64,000 nt of DNA from Gemmatimonadota bacterium (GTDB lineage: Bacteria; Gemmatimonadota; Gemmatimonadetes; Gemmatimonadales; GWC2-71-9), in the NCBI GenBank assembly GCA_039591655.1, contig JBDHDE010000015.1:22259-86258 (forward strand). The letters run 5' to 3'. The translations under genes were made by a program, and so were the position numbers. Below are positions 49,083 through 58,775 of this stretch, piece after piece; the first letter of the stretch is position 1; every line of letters begins with the position of its first letter. The notes under the pieces were generated by a model. It worked only from the letters and a program-made list of their open reading frames with translations. It was not told the origin of the DNA and made no database searches.

Positions 49083-51165
49083 ATGAGCCTGCTGAACTTC
49101 ACGCGCCTGAAGAAGGAGCTCTCGCTCCTCGACGTCTACGTCATCGCCACCGGTGCGATGATCAGCTCGGGTTTCTTCCTGCTCCCGGGCATCGCGACGT
49201 CGCACACGGGGCCCAGCGTGGTGCTGGCCTATGCACTCGCCGGCGTGTTGATCGTGCCGGCGATGCTCAGCCAGGCGGAGTTGGCCACCGCCATGCCGCG
49301 GGCGGGAGGAGCGTACTACTTTCTGGACCGCACCCTCGGGCCGCTGGTCGGGACGATCGGGGGAGTCGGAACCTGGCTCGCCCTGATTCTCAAGAGCGCG
49401 TTCGCGTTGATCGGCATGGGTGCCTATCTCGGGCTGGTATTCCACGTACCGGTGATGGGTACCGCGATCGTGTTCACGATTCTGTTCGCCGTCTTGAACA
49501 TCGTCGGCGCCAAGGAGTCGAGTGGGCTGCTCCGCGTGCTCGTGATCGTCCTGCTCACCATCCTCACGTTCTTCCTCCTGTACGGCCTTTCGGACGTGCT
49601 GGTTGGCGGCGGCGACGTGAGGGCCCAGTTCACACCCTTCCTCAGCGACGGCACCGACGGGCTCTTGGGGACGGTCGGGCTCGTGTTCGTGTCGTACATT
49701 GGACTCACCAAGGTGGCCAGCCTCGCGGAGGAGGTGAAGAATCCCGATCGCAACATCCCGCTGGGGATGGGCCTCACCCTCGCTACGGTGACCGGTGTTT
49801 ATGTCGTCGGCGTCTTCATAATGGTGGCGGTGCTGGGCGTCGGGCCGTTGAGCGAGAGCCTCACGCCCGTGGCCGACACGGCGGCGCATCGTGGCGGCGG
49901 CGGTGGTCGCCTTCGCGTCGATGTCGAATGCCGGGATCCTGGCGGCGTCGCGCTATCCCCTCGCCATGGGGCGGGATCGCATCTTCCCGGATGGCTTTGC
50001 CACCACAGGACGCCTGGGGACCCCGGTTCCGGCGATCCTCCTGACGTGCTCACTCCTCGTGCTCTTCCTGCTGGTGCTCGACGTCGAGGGCGTGGCCAAG
50101 CTCGCCAGCGCGCTGCAGCTCTTGCTGTTCGGGCTCATCAACCTGGCTGTGATCGTGATGCGGGAGAGCCATATAGAGGCGTACGATCCAGGGTTCCGCT
50201 CGCCGCTGTATCCCTGGGTGCAGCTCGTCGGGCTGTTCGTCCCCGTGGTGCTCGTGGCGGAGATGGGCTGGCTACCGGTGCTGGCGACCTTAGGGGTGAC
50301 CGCGCTCTGCTTCGGCTGGTACACCTACTACGCTCAGCCCCGGATCGCGCGCGAGGGGGCCATCTACCACGTCTTCGAGCGGCTGGGGCGGCGGCGCTTC
50401 GCCGGGCTCGACCGGGAGTTGCGAGACCTGATGAAGGAAAAGGGCCTCCGGGCGGAGGATCCCTTTGATCAGGTGGTGGCCCGGGGCTTCGTCGTCGACC
50501 TCGGAGGATCCGCCGAGCTGGAGGCCGTAATCCGCTCGGCGTCGGACCTCCTGGAGCGAAGGCTGCCGGTGACGGCCGGGACGCTGGTGGAGAGTTTCGG
50601 GCGCGGTGTGCGGATGGGCGGCACGCCGGTGTCCCACGGCGCGGCGCTGCTCCACACCAGGCTGCCGGAGTTCGATGCGTCGGAGATAGTGCTGGTGCGT
50701 TGCCGGGGCGGCCTCCAGGTCGAAGGCGTGGACGAGGAGATGGCGCGCCAGGCAGCGCAGGTCCCGATCCGTGCGGTGTTCTTCCTCGTGAGCGGTGAGG
50801 CGGATCCCGGTCGCCACCTCCGAATCCTCGCGCAGCTCGCCGGCCGGGTAGAGGACCCCGACTTCATGCCGGAGTGGCTGGACGGTAGGCACGAGCAGGA
50901 TCTCAAGGAGACACTGCTGCGCGACGACCGCTTCCTCTCCCTCCGGCTCGAGTCCGGGACCAAGAGCGAGAGCCTCATCGGTCATGCCCTCAGGCAATTG
51001 GACCTCCCGCCAGGCTGCCTCGTCGCGCTGATCCGCCGCTATGGGTCCACCATCGTGCCTCGGGGCCAGACGGTTCTGCGGGAGGGCGACCGCCTCACCA
51101 TAATCGGCGAGCCCGCCGGCCTGCGGCAGATCGCCGAGCGCTACGGCGCGGCCCACCTGACGTGA
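49083..51165 (+). pseudogene. APC amino-acid permease with PTS-IIA-like and TrkA-C domains, frameshifted near 49888
   Basis: Frame A: GAMISSGFFLLPG, ELATAMP.AGG and AEEVKNP. Frame B from about 49888: AFASMSNAGILAASRYP, HLRILAQLA and LREGDRLTIIG. Confidence 0.8.
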
Positions 51166-51257
51166 GCCCACTTGTGACCCGCTCCCTTGCCTGAGGCGAT
51201 GGAGCGTCCCAGCTTAGCACAAGCTCACTTGCCAATAGCGATATCCCGGGAGGGACC

Positions 51258-52580
51258 GTGACGACCAACGCTTGGCGCCGCCTGGCGGGTGCCCTGGCCA
51301 TTGTTGGCCTGCTCGCCGCCCCACAGCAGCCCGTCGGGGCGCAGGAGGTCGACGACCTCTCCAGCCTACCCATCGAGGGCCGCGACCTGGCGGTCGGCTC
51401 CGAGAGCCCCGGGGAGCTCACCGACGCCGACGTCGTGTGGACCGATGACTCCTACGTGCAGGCCTGGGCCCTGGAGCTCGAGCGCGGCGCCACGGTCACG
51501 GTGGACCTCCTCTCCGACGACTTCGACGCCTACCTCATGGTGACCGGGCCGGGGATTGCCGGCACTCTGTACGACGACGACGGGGCAGGCGCGTGCAATG
51601 CGCGGGTCACTCTCACCGCTTCCCAGGACGGTACGTATCGGGTGGTGGTCAACACGATCTCCCCCGGGTCGATGGGTCGCTTCCGGTTGCGGGTGACGGA
51701 CGAGCCCGGTCCGGTGACGGCCGGGGAGTGCGACATCTTCGGCGAGGGCTTGGACGAGATAGAGGACCTGGACCAGCTCCTCGCTCTGCCCTTGGGGGAG
51801 CGGATTCTTGCCCTGGGCGAGGAAGTCCGGGGAGATCTGGCCGACGGAGACCACGAGCGGTGGGACGGGAGCTACGCCCAGGCGTGGGGGCTCGAGCTCG
51901 AGTTCGGGGAGGAAGCCACCGTGGATCTCCGCTCCGACGACTTCGACTCCTACCTACTCATCATCGGGCCAGGTATGGACTCACCCCTGTCGGATGACGA
52001 CGGCGCGGGAAGGTGCGACTCCCGCATCACGTTTACCGCTCGGGAGCCCGGCCTACACCGGATCATCGTCAACACGTTGTCCGAAGGTGAGACAGGCCGT
52101 TTCCGGCTCAGCGCGACGGAGAAGCCGGGTCCGGTGACGGAGGGCGAGTGCGACATCTTCGGCGACCTCGACCTGGACATGGAGCTCGGGGGCCTGCTGG
52201 AGACGTCGCCGGTGGCCGGGCGGATAACCGTGGGTGAGGAGGTCACCGGAGAGCTCACCACGGGCGACGATCTCAGTTGGGACGACACGTACCTGCAGGT
52301 ATGGGAACTCGAGCTTCGGACCGGTGAGCAGGCCTCGGTGGACCTCATCTCCAGGGATTTCGATGCCTATCTCATGATCACCGGGCCGGGACTCAGCGAG
52401 GTGTTGATCGACGACGATGGGGCGGGGGCGTGCGACGCCCGTATCGTCTTCACCGCGGCGGACAGCGGCACCTACCGGATCGGGGTCAACACCATCAGCG
52501 AGGGTGAGGTTGGCGCCTTCCGGCTGCGGGTGACGGAGCAACCCGGCCCACAGACCCCGGGGGAATGCAGCGAGTTCTGA
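51258..52580 (+). CDS. Secreted acidic protein with three tandem PPC-like (pre-peptidase C-terminal) domains
   Basis: Signal peptide; three copies of VDL.S.DFD.YL...GPG......DDDGAG.C..R...G.FRL......PGP.T.GEC. Confidence 0.85.
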   Translation: MTTNAWRRLAGALAIVGLLAAPQQPVGAQEVDDLSSLPIEGRDLAVGSESPGELTDADVVWTDDSYVQAWALELERGATVTVDLLSDDFDAYLMVTGPGIAGTLYDDDGAGACNARVTLTASQDGTYRVVVNTISPGSMGRFRLRVTDEPGPVTAGECDIFGEGLDEIEDLDQLLALPLGERILALGEEVRGDLADGDHERWDGSYAQAWGLELEFGEEATVDLRSDDFDSYLLIIGPGMDSPLSDDDGAGRCDSRITFTAREPGLHRIIVNTLSEGETGRFRLSATEKPGPVTEGECDIFGDLDLDMELGGLLETSPVAGRITVGEEVTGELTTGDDLSWDDTYLQVWELELRTGEQASVDLISRDFDAYLMITGPGLSEVLIDDDGAGACDARIVFTAADSGTYRIGVNTISEGEVGAFRLRVTEQPGPQTPGECSEF

Positions 52581-52963
52581 CCTGCGCGGGGGCGCACATG
52601 TGAATCACCACTAGTGCCATCCCGTTTGTGTGACGCGCCGGCTCCTTCGCCGACGCACGTCCCCTGATGCAGTAGATCGTAGTGGTGGGTTCCCCGAGAC
52701 GAATACGAAGCGGCGGCGCACTGGGCCGAGAGCAGCGGTGTTCTTCGCTCGCCCCCTCCGGCGAGACCTTGCCGGGCGGCAAGATGCCCAATACGCCGCC
52801 GACCCCAACCCTCTCCAGCAGGCACAGAGGCACACGACGCCTGGCCAAGCATCGTGGCGCGTCCTTGAAGCGATCGTGAACTGGGAATGAAGGCCCGGGG
52901 GCGCCTTGCCCCGACCCGTCCGCTGGTACGAGCATTAGGAGGGGAAACGGCAAGGGGGACGCC

Positions 52964-53437
52964 ATGGCGGTGAGCAAGCTCAAGGACTACCTCGACGAGC
53001 ACAAGATCCGCTACGTGACCATCACGCACTCGCCGGCCTACACGTCGCAGAAGACGGCGGCGACGGCACACGTTCCGGGGAAGGAACTGGCCAAGACCGT
53101 CATCGTGAAGATCGACGGCGAGCTGGCCATGGCCGTGCTCCCGGGATACATGCAGGTCGACTTCCAGGCGTTGGCCGGGGCGGTGGGGGGATCCAAGGTC
53201 GAGCTGGCGACCGAGAGTGACTTCCGGGATCGGTTCCCCGACTGCGAGCTGGGCGCCATGCCGCCGTTTGGGAACCTCTACGGCATGCCGGTCTACGTCG
53301 CGGAGGCCCTCGCGGCGGACGAAGAGATCGCCTTCAATGCCTGCTCGCACACGGAGCTGATCAAGCTCGCCTACGAGGACTTCCAGCGGCTGGTCAAGCC
53401 GAAGGTCCTGAAGTTCGCCGCCGGCGCCGGGTCCTGA
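52964..53437 (+). CDS. YbaK/ProX-family aminoacyl-tRNA deacylase
   Basis: LAKTV, LATE.F...FPDCELGAMPPFG and FNA.SH. Confidence 0.9.
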   Translation: MAVSKLKDYLDEHKIRYVTITHSPAYTSQKTAATAHVPGKELAKTVIVKIDGELAMAVLPGYMQVDFQALAGAVGGSKVELATESDFRDRFPDCELGAMPPFGNLYGMPVYVAEALAADEEIAFNACSHTELIKLAYEDFQRLVKPKVLKFAAGAGS

Positions 53438-53605
53438 CCGGCGGCGGGCAGGCATAGGACGTGCTCACGTGCCTCGCGGCGCGGGGCACGGTCGTTGGGC
53501 CGCCTCGGTTCCTACGAGGCGGCCCGTGCGTATCTAGCCGTCCCGGGGGCTCCCCTTGCGGGGCAACCCATTAGATTGCGCCAACTTTTCCGGCAGGTGG
53601 ACTCC

Positions 53606-55207
53606 ATGGGCCGTGCATGCAGCATATGGCTGGCGATGCTGGCCGCCAGCGCCTGTCTGGCGAGCGAGACTGCCCAGGCCCAACAGGCCTCCGACTGGAT
53701 GGCGCCCCGGACCCGCGGCGAGCGCAGCGGCTTCCGGGAGACGTCCACCTATGCCGACGTGATGGGGTTCGTGGAGGCAGTTGCCGCGGCATCGTCGAGG
53801 ATCCACCTGACCAGCTTCGGTTACTCCGTCGAGGGACGGAGCCTGCCGCTCGTCGTGGTGGGCGACGTGGCCGATGCGAGTGCGGAGGCGGTGCGGGCTG
53901 CTGGGAAGACCAGGGTGTTCGTGCAGGCGAACATCCACGCCGGGGAGGTGTGCGGCAAGGAGGCCACCCAGCTACTGCTAAGGGACCTGGCCAACGGGGC
54001 CCACGGCGAGTGGCTCGACTCGCTGGTCCTGCTCATCGCCCCGATCTACAACGCAGACGGCAATGAGCGAGTGCGTCTCACCAACCGGCCGCGGCAGCAT
54101 GGGCCGGTAGGAGGCATGGGACAGCGAGCCAACGCCCAGGGGCTGGATCTGAACCGGGACCACATGAAACTGGAGTCACCGGAGGCCCGCTCCCTGGTGG
54201 GGCTCATGCGCCGGTACGACCCCCACGTGCTCATGGACCTGCACACCACCAACGGCACGCGCCGGGCGTACCACCTGCTCTATGCGCCGCCGCTCCATCC
54301 CACTACCGATTTGGGGATCGTGGCGCTCCTGCGCCGCGACTGGCTTCCGGCCGTCACGCGAGTGATGAGGGAGAAGCATGGGTGGGAGACCTACTTCTAC
54401 GGCAACCTCCCCTGGCCCGGGAGCAGGGCGGAGCGCGGCTGGTACACCTACGACGCCCGGCCGCGCTACAACACCAACTACGTCGGGCTGCGCAACCGGT
54501 TCGGGATCCTGAGCGAGGCCTATGCCTATGCGCCCTTCGAGGAGCGTGTGCTGGCAACGCTGTCCTTCGTGGAGCAGGTGGTGGACTACGCCTACCGCCA
54601 CGCCTCCACCGTCCGGCGTCTTGCGGCGGAGGCCGACGCGGCGGATCTCACCGGCGTGATGCTCGCCCTGCGGGCCACCCGCGAGCGCTCCCGGGACTCC
54701 GTGGAGGTCCTGCTGGGGGAGGTCGTCGAGGAGCGGAACCCGTACAGCGGCGAGGTGATGCTGCGGATGGCGGACGTGCGGCACCCCGAGCTGCTGCCGG
54801 AGTACGGCACGTTCCGAGCTACGGAGTCGGAGCGGGCCCCGGCGTTCTACTTCGTGCCGCCGGAGCTCACCGGGGTGCTCCACCTCCTGAGCGACCACGG
54901 GATCGAGTGGCGTCGCCTCGAGCGGGCGGAGTCCCGGACCGTGCAGCAGTTCGTGATCGACTCGGCAGTCGTGGCGGAGCGGGAGTACCAGGGCCACCAG
55001 CAGCGCACGCTCTTCGGTCGGTATGTCGAGGCGGAGGTGACGCTGCCGGCCGGCACGGCGGTGGTGCCCGTAGCGCAGCCCCTGGGCCGCCTCGCCTTTG
55101 CCCTGCTGGAGCCCCGGTCGGACGACGGAGCGGTCAATTGGAACGTGCTGGACGAGTGGCTGGAGGAGTCCAGCCGTTATCCGATTCTCAGGGGCCTGGA
55201 GCCCTGA
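53606..55207 (+). CDS. M14 zinc carboxypeptidase family protein
   Basis: GYSVEGR, NIHAGE, NADG, DLNRD and DLHT; signal peptide. Confidence 0.88.
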   Translation: MGRACSIWLAMLAASACLASETAQAQQASDWMAPRTRGERSGFRETSTYADVMGFVEAVAAASSRIHLTSFGYSVEGRSLPLVVVGDVADASAEAVRAAGKTRVFVQANIHAGEVCGKEATQLLLRDLANGAHGEWLDSLVLLIAPIYNADGNERVRLTNRPRQHGPVGGMGQRANAQGLDLNRDHMKLESPEARSLVGLMRRYDPHVLMDLHTTNGTRRAYHLLYAPPLHPTTDLGIVALLRRDWLPAVTRVMREKHGWETYFYGNLPWPGSRAERGWYTYDARPRYNTNYVGLRNRFGILSEAYAYAPFEERVLATLSFVEQVVDYAYRHASTVRRLAAEADAADLTGVMLALRATRERSRDSVEVLLGEVVEERNPYSGEVMLRMADVRHPELLPEYGTFRATESERAPAFYFVPPELTGVLHLLSDHGIEWRRLERAESRTVQQFVIDSAVVAEREYQGHQQRTLFGRYVEAEVTLPAGTAVVPVAQPLGRLAFALLEPRSDDGAVNWNVLDEWLEESSRYPILRGLEP

Positions 55208-55277
55208 GCGCAGCGCCTCACCGGTCACGCAGCCCGTTGGCGTCGAGCGCCGCAACCCCAAAGAGCAAGGAGATCCC

Positions 55278-56678
55278 GTGCCCGTGAGTTCGAGAGCATG
55301 CTCCACCCGCCGGATTGCGGCTGCCCTGGCCGTTGCGCTGCTCGCCGTGCCGGCCGCCGCCTCCGCCCAGGACGGATCGATCGTAGAGCGGTACCGCGAC
55401 GCCGCGAATCGCATCATCGACGCCGCGCTGGCCGACAGCTCGGCATACCAGAGGTTGGCGCTCCTGGTAGACGACTTCGGACACCGCTTCAGCGGGTCGG
55501 AGAGTCTCGAGCGGGCCCTCGACTGGATAGTGGAGGAGATGCGGCGGGATGGCCTGCAGAACGTGCACGGAGAGGAGGTCATGGTTCCCCGATGGGTGCG
55601 GGGCCAAGAGTCGGCGGAGCTGCTCCAGCCGCGCCTCAGGCCACTCCCGATGCTCAGCCTGGGCAATAGCGTCGGCACGCCGCCCGAGGGTATCACGGCT
55701 GAGGTCATCGTGGTTCGGACCTTCGAGGAGCTCGAGGCCCGCGCCGAGGAAGCTCGGGGCAAGATCGTGCTGTTCAATGCGCCGTTCACCTCCTATGGCC
55801 AGACTGTGCGCTACCGGCTGCGCGGCGCCATCGCGGCAGCCCAGGCGGGCGCCGTGGCCAGCATGATCCGCTCGGTGACGTCGCAATCCTTGTCCACGCC
55901 CCATACCGGCGCAATGTCGTACAGCGACACCGTTCCGCGGATCCCGCACGTTGCCATCACCGTGGAGGATGCCGAGTTGCTCCAGCGGTTGGCGGATCGG
56001 GGGGAACGCATCGTGGTGCGGCTCACTCTGGAAGCGCAGCAGTTCCCCGATGTGCCGTCGCGCAACGTCGTGGGCGAGTTCGTGGGCACCGAGCTGCCGC
56101 ACGAGGTGGTGGTGCTGGGCGGGCACATCGACTCGTGGGACGTGGGACAGGGGGCGATGGACGACGGCGGCGGGTGCGTGGCGGCCTGGGAGGCGGTGCG
56201 CCTGCTGCAGCGGCTGGGGCTGCGACCTCGGCGCACCGTCAGGGTCGTGATGTGGACCAACGAAGAGAACGGTCTCCGCGGCGGTCGCGCCTACCGTGAC
56301 GCTCATCGCCACGAGCTCGACCGCTTCGTGGCGGCCATCGAGTCGGACGCCGGAGTCTTCAAGCCCCAGGGGTTCAGCTTCGGCGGCGCTGACGCGGCGT
56401 ACGCCATCGTGTCCGAGATCGGCCGCTTGCTGGACCGCATCGACGCCGGTTCGGTGACCACACCGGGTGGCGGCGCAGACATATGGCCGCTGATGCGGGA
56501 GGGCGTGCCCGGTCTGGGGCTCAGGGTGGAGGGCTCCCGCTACTTCTGGTACCACCACACCGACGCCGACACCATCGATAAGTTGGACCCGCGGGAGATG
56601 GCGCTGTGCGTTGCGGCCATGGCGGTCATGGCGTACGTTCTCGCCGATCTGGAGGATGCCTTGCCCCGGGCGGGTTGA
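55278..56678 (+). CDS. M28 family peptidase (carboxypeptidase Q-like)
   Basis: GHIDSWDVGQGAMDDGGG, NEENG, ESD.G and HHT.ADT; AGGAG RBS. Confidence 0.92.
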   Translation: MPVSSRACSTRRIAAALAVALLAVPAAASAQDGSIVERYRDAANRIIDAALADSSAYQRLALLVDDFGHRFSGSESLERALDWIVEEMRRDGLQNVHGEEVMVPRWVRGQESAELLQPRLRPLPMLSLGNSVGTPPEGITAEVIVVRTFEELEARAEEARGKIVLFNAPFTSYGQTVRYRLRGAIAAAQAGAVASMIRSVTSQSLSTPHTGAMSYSDTVPRIPHVAITVEDAELLQRLADRGERIVVRLTLEAQQFPDVPSRNVVGEFVGTELPHEVVVLGGHIDSWDVGQGAMDDGGGCVAAWEAVRLLQRLGLRPRRTVRVVMWTNEENGLRGGRAYRDAHRHELDRFVAAIESDAGVFKPQGFSFGGADAAYAIVSEIGRLLDRIDAGSVTTPGGGADIWPLMREGVPGLGLRVEGSRYFWYHHTDADTIDKLDPREMALCVAAMAVMAYVLADLEDALPRAG

Positions 56679-56738
56679 GGAACCAATAGGCCGGTAGGAG
56701 CGTTCCCCGTACTGCGTTCCGAATCTCGAGGAGGAGTC

Positions 56739-57266
56739 ATGAAGTTTCGCACTTTGGGCCGGGTGATGATCGCCACCTTACTGGCCAGTGGCTTGGCCTG
56801 CGCCGCCGAGCAGGAGGAAGGGGGCGAGGCCGCGATGCAGATGGCAGCGCCCGACACGACGGCCGAGGCGCTCTGGGCGCACATGGAGCAGGCCGGCTAC
56901 GCGGAGAACTGGACGCTGTGGCCCGACAAGGGAGCGCTCTACGAGGGCACCGAGCCCCACGGTATGCTGCTCACCACCTATCTCAACGAGCCGGCCCTCG
57001 AAGCCCTGACGAACATGGCGGGTGCCATGCCCGTCGGCGCGATCGTGGTCAAGGAGAACTACATGCCGGATAGCACCCTGGCGGCCATCACCATCATGTA
57101 CAAGGCCGAAGGGTACAATCCGGATTTCAATGACTGGTTCTTCGTGAAGCGCTTGGCGGACGGCACGGTCGAGGCCTCGGGCCGCGTGGGGGGGTGCCAG
57201 GGCTGTCACGCGCAGCGGGCGGACAACGACTACCTGTTCACCGGTTCGCTCAGCGAGAGCATGTAG
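56739..57266 (+). CDS. Cytochrome P460 / c'-beta family lipoprotein
   Basis: LAC lipobox; GAIVVKEN, IMYK, DWFF, C-terminal CQGCH and DYLF. Confidence 0.8.
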   Translation: MKFRTLGRVMIATLLASGLACAAEQEEGGEAAMQMAAPDTTAEALWAHMEQAGYAENWTLWPDKGALYEGTEPHGMLLTTYLNEPALEALTNMAGAMPVGAIVVKENYMPDSTLAAITIMYKAEGYNPDFNDWFFVKRLADGTVEASGRVGGCQGCHAQRADNDYLFTGSLSESM

Positions 57267-57341
57267 GCTCGCTCGTCGTGTCCCAGCCAGCCCGGGGGGC
57301 GAATGGGCAGCTGCCGGAGAGCCGCAGTCACTCCCCGCGAC

Positions 57342-58775
57342 TCAACGCGCTGCTCCTGGTCCCTTCTGGCTGCCCCAGTCTGCCGGCTTAGCGCCACCTG
57401 GATCGTCGAGACCGTGCTTTTCGAGGCGGTAACGCAGCGTGTCCCGACTGAGGCCCAGCAACTTCGCGGCTCGGGTCACGTTGCCGCCGGTGCGGCCCAG
57501 CGCCTGCCGAATCAGCTGGCGTTCGAGCTCGTCGAGTCGGATCCCTTCGGCCGGAAGCGCCACTGCGTAGTCGTCAGTGCTCCGTGCGCTGCGGTGACCT
57601 CGGATCTCAGGCGGCAGGTGTTCTGGACGGATCTCCTGCGTGTCTTCCAAGATCAGTGCACGTTCGAGCACGTTGCGCAGTTCGCGAACGTTCCCCGGCC
57701 ATGAGTAGGCCTGGAGGATCTCGACGGCCTCTGCGGAGAGAGTGGGTGAGCCGCGCTTCAGATCCCGTGCGAGGCGTTCGACGAAGTACAGCGCGAGTGG
57801 AGCGACGTCTTCGGCCCGCTCACGCAACGGCGTGAGGTGTATCGGCACGACGTTGAGCCGGTAGTAGAGATCCTCCCGAAACGTCTTTGCCTTGACCGCG
57901 GCGTCGAGATCCCGATTCGTCGCGGCGATGACGCGTACGTCCACGCTGACGTCCGTCGTGCCCCCGAGCCGCTTGAACTTGGAGTCCTCGAGGAATCGCA
58001 GAAGCTTCGCCTGTGCGCCGCGCGGCATATCACCGATCTCGTCCAGGAACAAGGTCCCGCCGTCTGCCAGCTCTGCGAGTCCCTTCTTCCGTTGGCGGGC
58101 ATCGGTGAACGCACCCGGTTCGTGGCCGAAGAGTTCCGACTCGACGAGATGCTCGGGTAAGGCCGTGCAGTTGATCTCGAGCATCGGGCGCTCGCTACGA
58201 CGGCTTCGGGCGTGGATCGCCCGGGCGACAAGGTCCTTACCAGTGCCGCTCTCACCCAGTAGGAGCACGGTTGCCGACTCGGTGGCGGCGATTCGCTCAA
58301 CGTCGCCCGCGAGCTTCCGCGTAACCAGCGACCGACCAACCAGCTCGACGGTGGCGAACCGCCAGCGGTGGAGCTCCCGTAAGCCCGCGACCTGCTGGCG
58401 GAGATCTCTGGTCTCGAGGCCCTTCTCGATCGTGATGAGCAGATCTTCCAGGTCGAGCGGTTTCTCGAGGAACTGGTAGGCTCCTGCCTTCACCGCTCGG
58501 ACCGCGACGTCGATCTCGCCGTGGGCTGTGACCATGATGATGATGAGGTCGCGATCCACCTCTCTCAGTTGCGGCAGGAGCTCGAGGCCGTCGATGTCCG
58601 GGAGCCGCAGGTCGAGTAGCACCAGCTCCGGGTTCGCTCCTGGCAGGGCGCGCAACGCCTCCGCGCCCGTCTCGGCCGTCTCGACGTCGTAGCCCGCGGC
58701 TGCGAGGTGCTCGCTGAACCACGCCCGGATCAGGGGTTCGTCGTCAACGACGAGGATGCGTGATCGTCTGGTCAT
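57342..58775 (-). CDS. Sigma-54-dependent response regulator (NtrC/AtoC family)
   Basis: Receiver (VVDDE, LLD), GESGTGK, ESELFGHE.GAFTDA, LDEIG, WPGNVREL and Fis-type HTH. Confidence 0.95.
   Translation of the reverse strand: MTRRSRILVVDDEPLIRAWFSEHLAAAGYDVETAETGAEALRALPGANPELVLLDLRLPDIDGLELLPQLREVDRDLIIIMVTAHGEIDVAVRAVKAGAYQFLEKPLDLEDLLITIEKGLETRDLRQQVAGLRELHRWRFATVELVGRSLVTRKLAGDVERIAATESATVLLLGESGTGKDLVARAIHARSRRSERPMLEINCTALPEHLVESELFGHEPGAFTDARQRKKGLAELADGGTLFLDEIGDMPRGAQAKLLRFLEDSKFKRLGGTTDVSVDVRVIAATNRDLDAAVKAKTFREDLYYRLNVVPIHLTPLRERAEDVAPLALYFVERLARDLKRGSPTLSAEAVEILQAYSWPGNVRELRNVLERALILEDTQEIRPEHLPPEIRGHRSARSTDDYAVALPAEGIRLDELERQLIRQALGRTGGNVTRAAKLLGLSRDTLRYRLEKHGLDDPGGAKPADWGSQKGPGAAR

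Noticed and set aside
42500..49930. Programmed ribosomal frameshifting as the explanation for the two broken genes
   Set aside because: No slippery heptamer at either junction, and coding sequence appears to be missing rather than merely shifted.
51380..52577. Recurring DNA segments that might suggest a CRISPR or mobile repeat
   Set aside because: The repeats are degenerate, in frame and about 420 nt apart; they are protein domain repeats. No CRISPR array, cas gene, transposase or integrase is seen in the window.
52581..52963. About 380-nt intergenic region with small ORFs, possible sRNA or Crp site
   Set aside because: No convincing RBS, motif, strong hairpin or correctly spaced TGTGA-N6-TCACA.
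58095..58140. GAFTDA instead of GAFTGA in the sigma-54 activator
   Set aside because: This is a commonly seen variant of the loop, and a matching sigma-54 promoter lies nearby; it is not evidence of inactivation.
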